Assembly (NCBI GenBank): GCA_963833425.1
Contig: CAWHXP010000008.1
Location: 308,578 to 372,577, forward strand
Source: an uncultured Methanosarcinaceae archaeon
Lineage (GTDB): Archaea > Halobacteriota > Methanosarcinia > Methanosarcinales > Methanosarcinaceae
Direction of reading: 5' to 3'
Length of the DNA stretch: 64,000 nt
Below are positions 59,403 through 64,000 of this stretch, piece after piece. Positions within the stretch are counted from its first letter, which is position 1; each line of letters opens with the position of its first letter. The notes beneath the pieces were generated by a model. That model was given only the letters and a program-made list of their open reading frames with translations, was not told where the DNA came from and made no database searches. A program made the position numbers and the translations under genes.

Positions 59403-59795
59403 ATGACAGAAAAACTCGGAATTCTGGCTATAGGCCATGGGAGCAAACTGCCTTACAATAAAGAAGTAGTCACTCAAATAGCAAATCACATCGCTCAAAA
59501 ACACTCTAATGTCATCGTCAGAGCCGGTTTCATGGAAAACAGTGAACCAACACTAGCAAAAGCAATCGAAGGCTTTTCAGGAACGGGGGTGACAAAAGTA
59601 GCAGCAGTACCAGTTTTCTTGGCTTCGGGAGTTCATATTACGAAGGACATTCCTGAAATCCTAAAATTGGACCAAAAAGGCTGTGGAAACCTGACAATTG
59701 ATGGAAAGCCAGTCCCTGTGTGCTATGCAAGGCCTCTTGGAGCTGACGAACTAATTGCTGATCTTGTTTTCAAGAGAGCTCAGGAAGTCCTGTAA
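59403..59795 (+). CDS. cfbA: Sirohydrochlorin nickelochelatase
   Basis: [37 protein letters not shown]; first gene of F430 cluster. Confidence 0.95.
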   Translation: MTEKLGILAIGHGSKLPYNKEVVTQIANHIAQKHSNVIVRAGFMENSEPTLAKAIEGFSGTGVTKVAAVPVFLASGVHITKDIPEILKLDQKGCGNLTIDGKPVPVCYARPLGADELIADLVFKRAQEVL

Positions 59796-59822
59796 GCTCA
59801 TCGTCAAGGTCCGGTTTTAGTC

Positions 59823-61322
59823 ATGGACCTCTACCCAAAGAAACTCGCCGTGCTAGACCTGATCCACGGTGGCATTCCCATAGCAAAAAAACTTGCAACC
59901 CTTGGATGTGAAGTGACGGGAGTAGATGTCTATGGGACAGTTGATCCAGAACTGCTGATCGAGCTTAAGGAAAAAAATGGCATATACTGCTCAAAAAATT
60001 CTCTTTCTACTCTTGGATTCGATCTCCTAGTAGCACCAGTACACCTGGATTCTGCCTATCCAATGCTTACAGAAGCCAGAGCAGAAGCAAAAAGAATCTT
60101 ATCGCATCATGAAATCGTTGGAAAAATACTCAAAAATGACTCAAGACTCTCCGGTATAAAAACAATCGAGATTACTGGTGTCAAAGCAAAAACAAGTACT
60201 GCATCTCTCCTTGCTGATATGCTTTCCAGAAAGTTTGACGTAGCACTGCATACCTCCAGAGGACTTGAAACCTGGAAAGGGGGTATTTCGTCTCTTATTT
60301 GCAAGGGCTTGAGCATAACACCTGGAAATATTCTCGTTGTAGTTGATAAAGTTTTTGAGATAGGATTTAGGCCCGATTTTTTCATATTCGAAATCTCGAT
60401 CGGAGGTACTGGAAATGCAGATATTGGAATCCTGACAACCCTTTCTCCAGACTATTTAATTGGCAACGATACTGCCCTTGCAAGCGAGGCAAAGCTCCAG
60501 CTTGTAAGCGGCGCAAAACCCGGAAGTACTCTTATACTCAACGCTGGAGCCAAAAAAGTCATTGAAGTCGCAAAAAAGGGTAAAGCAAATGTTTTAACAT
60601 TCAAAGACCCCTTTGATGTGGGGACTCTCGAAAAGACAGTTAAAGTCGCTGACTTTTTGCTAGAAACAAGAAAATATACTGAATTACAACCAATTTCTTC
60701 AGATTTGTCTGCTTCAACAGTACAATCAAAATTACAGGAATTATCAGTAGCTTCGACATCATCAGGCTGCGTAATTAATTTTATTCGCGGAGAGGATGAA
60801 ATTTTCTCAGCTTCCTTGCTTGCTGGATACAATATTTCGGCTTACCTGACGGCTTTCATAGCAGCATCTTCAGCGGCCCTTGAGCTTGGAGTCGAATGTG
60901 AAGCAATTGTTGCGGTTCTTGAGGGATTCAGGGGACTATTAGGCAGGATGCAAGAAATGGAGCTCAATAGTATAACCCTGATAGACAATTCCAATTCGGG
61001 CATGGATATCCTATCAGCTGAGAAAGCCTTTGAGTATGCCCTCCTGAAGAAAACGGACGAAAAAAAGAAGGGAGGCATCATCTTAATCCTTGGTGAAGAA
61101 GCCTCTCAGGTCTGCGAGGGACTACACCCTGTATCAGTACAAGAGCTAGTAAAAAAATTAGGCATGAAATATAAACAGATTATCCTGGTTGGAGAACGAA
61201 TGAAAGCAATAGTCCCCAAAAATGCCATTTATGCAGCCAGTCTTCCTGAAGGACTCGCTAAAGCTTCAGAACTTGCAAATAAAGAGGATATAATACTTTC
61301 TTCGGTAAAATGTTTCCGTTAG
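59823..61322 (+). CDS. cfbE: Coenzyme F430 synthetase (Mur ligase homolog)
   Basis: [53 protein letters not shown]; named cfbB in the alternative M. barkeri nomenclature. Confidence 0.93.
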   Translation: MDLYPKKLAVLDLIHGGIPIAKKLATLGCEVTGVDVYGTVDPELLIELKEKNGIYCSKNSLSTLGFDLLVAPVHLDSAYPMLTEARAEAKRILSHHEIVGKILKNDSRLSGIKTIEITGVKAKTSTASLLADMLSRKFDVALHTSRGLETWKGGISSLICKGLSITPGNILVVVDKVFEIGFRPDFFIFEISIGGTGNADIGILTTLSPDYLIGNDTALASEAKLQLVSGAKPGSTLILNAGAKKVIEVAKKGKANVLTFKDPFDVGTLEKTVKVADFLLETRKYTELQPISSDLSASTVQSKLQELSVASTSSGCVINFIRGEDEIFSASLLAGYNISAYLTAFIAASSAALELGVECEAIVAVLEGFRGLLGRMQEMELNSITLIDNSNSGMDILSAEKAFEYALLKKTDEKKKGGIILILGEEASQVCEGLHPVSVQELVKKLGMKYKQIILVGERMKAIVPKNAIYAASLPEGLAKASELANKEDIILSSVKCFR

Positions 61323-61723
61323 AGATCTATTTTATGAAATTTTCTTTGTAAATTCTTGTAAAGTATTAAAACGTCCAGAATAAAAGAGCTGAAGATGGGT
61401 TTATCTCATGTCGAATATTTTTTCCGAGATTTATATGATACAATTTTATACAGCCTCTTCCAATCTGTATCCTTCTATCGCTTGATTTAATTCAAGTTGA
61501 TTGGTATTTCTCTTGATTAAATCTCAATTAACTTATCTCCCAGATCTTTCTTCCCTTATGATCTGTTGTCCGAATTTAGAAGGACACGGTAGCTTCCATG
61601 TAGAAATCAGAATCAACCCCATACGCATCATAAGCTTATTTGTAATTACGAGAACACGTAATTAGAAAAGTTATCATTAAGATAATTTATTTTTAAGAGG
61701 ATTTATCGCTAAGAGGATTTTTA

Positions 61724-62836
61724 ATGACTAGAAAAGAGATTTTGATAATTCATCCCCGCCCGAGTTCCATTGTTGCGGCTCTTTACACACTCAGAGACTT
61801 AAATGTCGATGTCGCTATAATGCATGGGCCTCCAGGATGTTCTTTTAAACATGCGAGGCTGCTTGAAGAAGATGGGATACATGTAGTCAGTACGGGTCTT
61901 GAAGAGAACAATTTTGTTTTTGGAGGACACGCTCGGCTAGTAAAACTGATAAAAAAGTCCATTGAACTCTTCAATCCAAAGGTAATCGGAGTTATCGGAA
62001 CTTGTGCCAGCATGATCATTGGAGAAGAAATGCACGAAGCAGTCTTAGAGGCGAACACTGACATCCCAGTAATTGAAGTTGAGGTGCACGCAGGTTACCC
62101 TGACAACACTAAAGGGGTACTCTATGCCCTGGAATCTGCACTCAATGCCGGGATTATAGATCATAAAGAGTTCGAGCGCCAGGGGTACCTCCTCGAAAAA
62201 GCCACGGAGGTTGAAAAGAGATTTGGAGCTGCAAGCAAGGAATATCTTGCTCCCTCCAGGGGAGATATCAAATATAAAGTTGCTAAGCGAGTAATTCAAC
62301 TTCTTAAGGAAGGTAAAAAGGGCCTGATCATCATGAATGCTAAGAAGGAAACTGGCTACATGTTTGCAGACATCATTCTCGCAGTCAACGAAGTTGCAAC
62401 AGCTCTCGGGATACATAAAAATCTCATAAACATGGCAAATATAGATACCATACTCGGGCTTCCGCGAGTCAGGCAACATGCAGAATACATAACGCGAGAT
62501 CTTAAAGCCCAAGGAGTCGAGGTGCATGAAATCATTGGAGGAATGGACGAATATCCTGTAGCAGGGGAAAAGGTAAGTGAATTGGTAAAGGACAAATATG
62601 TTGATTACGATTTTGCGGTAATTACAGGCGTTCCACATGCAATCCCGATGGAGAACATACGACATATGGAGTTAATTTCAATTACCAACGGTCCAAGGCA
62701 GGTTTTACCCTTGAAAGAGATGGGACACAAACATGTTCTTGTGGAAATTGACCTTCACCCGAAAACTCTGGGAGTCAGCAAAATAGTGGAATCCGAGTTT
62801 GGAGCCACTTTAAGGGAAATTGCAAAGGAGGCCTGA
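61724..62836 (+). CDS. cfbD: Ni-sirohydrochlorin a,c-diamide reductive cyclase, catalytic subunit (NifD-like)
   Basis: [50 protein letters not shown]. Confidence 0.96.
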   Translation: MTRKEILIIHPRPSSIVAALYTLRDLNVDVAIMHGPPGCSFKHARLLEEDGIHVVSTGLEENNFVFGGHARLVKLIKKSIELFNPKVIGVIGTCASMIIGEEMHEAVLEANTDIPVIEVEVHAGYPDNTKGVLYALESALNAGIIDHKEFERQGYLLEKATEVEKRFGAASKEYLAPSRGDIKYKVAKRVIQLLKEGKKGLIIMNAKKETGYMFADIILAVNEVATALGIHKNLINMANIDTILGLPRVRQHAEYITRDLKAQGVEVHEIIGGMDEYPVAGEKVSELVKDKYVDYDFAVITGVPHAIPMENIRHMELISITNGPRQVLPLKEMGHKHVLVEIDLHPKTLGVSKIVESEFGATLREIAKEA

Positions 62837-62851
62837 GATAAAAGGATCAGA

Positions 62852-63670
62852 ATGAATCCAGGAGGAAGTTCTTTGAAAAATCAAAAAATCATAGCAATCT
62901 ATGGGAAAGGTGGCATAGGCAAGTCGAGTACGGCTTCAAATGTTGCAGCTGCCTGTGCAGAAGCAGGGAACAAAGTCATGATCATAGGCTGTGACCCTAA
63001 AAGCGATTCCTCCATCACCCTGCTTAGAGGTATAAGAATTCCAACCATTCTTGATCTTCTGCGTGAAGGTATAGATGTAAAGGAAAATAATGTGGTTTTT
63101 GACGGTTATGCAGGAGTCAAGTGCGTGGAAACAGGTGGTCCGGAGCCGGGGATAGGCTGTGCAGGACGCGGGATTATTGTTGCTATCCAAAAACTGAAAA
63201 GCATATCAGGGGACCTCTTAAAAGAGCAGGACCTCATCATTTATGATGTTCCTGGAGATATCGTCTGTGGCGGTTTTGTGGCCCCTGTCAGGAAAGGCTT
63301 TGTAAATGAGACTTATATAATGACTTCAGGGGAATATATGCCCCTTTATGCAGCAAATAATATCTGCAAGGGTCTTTCCAAAATAGGAATGCCTCTTAGC
63401 GGGATAATATGCAATTCAAGGAATGCAAGCAGGGAAGAAGAAATCGTAGCGAAGTTTGCTGAGGAGATTCGCAGCCAACTAATGGCTTTTATTCCAAAAA
63501 GTAGTGTAGTTCAGGACTGTGAAAGGGAAGGCTATTCGGTTATGGAAAAGGCGCATGATTCAGACATTGCCGAAATCTACCGTAAACTCGGAAAAGCAAT
63601 TCTCGAAAACGAAAAAAAAGATGCCGCAGAATCCCTGAGCGACAATATATTGAGAGAATTGACTAAATAA
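62852..63670 (+). CDS. cfbC: Reductive cyclase ATP-dependent reductase subunit (NifH-like)
   Basis: [41 protein letters not shown]; follows cfbD. Confidence 0.96.
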   Translation: MNPGGSSLKNQKIIAIYGKGGIGKSSTASNVAAACAEAGNKVMIIGCDPKSDSSITLLRGIRIPTILDLLREGIDVKENNVVFDGYAGVKCVETGGPEPGIGCAGRGIIVAIQKLKSISGDLLKEQDLIIYDVPGDIVCGGFVAPVRKGFVNETYIMTSGEYMPLYAANNICKGLSKIGMPLSGIICNSRNASREEEIVAKFAEEIRSQLMAFIPKSSVVQDCEREGYSVMEKAHDSDIAEIYRKLGKAILENEKKDAAESLSDNILRELTK

Positions 63671-63768
63671 GCTGCAGTAACAAGTAGACGGTGAAATTAT
63701 TTAAGTCACAATAGCTTCCATGGAAAAGAATTCTCAGGCTAAAAATAAGCTCAAGGGTGTAGAAAAAC

Positions 63769-64000
63769 ATGGTTCATGGTAAACAATCCAAAACAGGGAC
63801 TGGGAGCATCCCCAGGATCCTTATTTCTGCAGATCGTTCCTCCTCAGGTAAGACCACTATTTCAATAGGTCTGATGGCTTCCCTTGTTTCAAGAGGATAC
63901 AAGGTACAGCCCTTCAAGGTTGCTCTGGACTACATCGACTCTAGCTATCATACCGAAATAACTGGTAGGTTTTGCCGGAATCTTGACGGTTATCTTATGA
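63769..64000 (+). CDS. cfbB: Ni-sirohydrochlorin a,c-diamide synthase (CbiA/CobB-like), 5' part, runs off window
   Basis: [38 protein letters not shown]. Confidence 0.9.
   Translation, partial: MVHGKQSKTGTGSIPRILISADRSSSGKTTISIGLMASLVSRGYKVQPFKVALDYIDSSYHTEITGRFCRNLDGYLM

Noticed and set aside
795..63190. Numerous 60-200 aa ORFs antisense to or overlapping the core genes
   Set aside because: Shadow ORFs of well-supported genes with no independent motifs
61724..63670. nifH/nifD nitrogenase
   Set aside because: Short NifD-like protein and context with chelatase, Mur ligase and amidase identify CfbC/CfbD
1..64000. tRNA, rRNA, integrase or full-length transposase genes
   Set aside because: None recognised by eye; a tRNAscan-SE/Infernal run would be needed to exclude small RNAs

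Overview
Chromosomal window from a methanogenic archaeon, most likely Methanosarcina. The evidence is MC1 chromatin protein, methanogenesis marker 14, MptA, the coenzyme F430 cluster and Methanosarcina-type secreted proteins. Core genes are intact: RaSEA, guaAB, gatCAB, mmp14, mptA, MC1, argB, dacZ, pelota, Rqc2/NFACT and cfbA-E-D-C-B'. They are separated by AT-rich accessory tracts full of decayed genes: YVTN, GT2, a terminase-like HTH, SRAP, DinB, WD40, PQQ-like, pirin, YcaC, DUF4392, NifX-like, ModA and a family-A DNA polymerase. The most notable observations are: (i) a cluster of small secreted-protein genes at 52.4-55.6 kb with related signal peptides but unrelated, internally repetitive cores, one being a highly cationic Cys-Trp hairpin peptide; (ii) an RCK / two KaiC-like ATPase / REC-MetOD1 signalling module with no kinase; (iii) a satellite-like remnant with an iteron/inverted-repeat ori-like region next to a SRAP-DinB cassette; (iv) a 148-bp IS6-type MITE with a perfect 8-bp TSD; (v) an apparent ATA start codon on MC1. 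All calls come from motif recognition by eye; no database searches were run.
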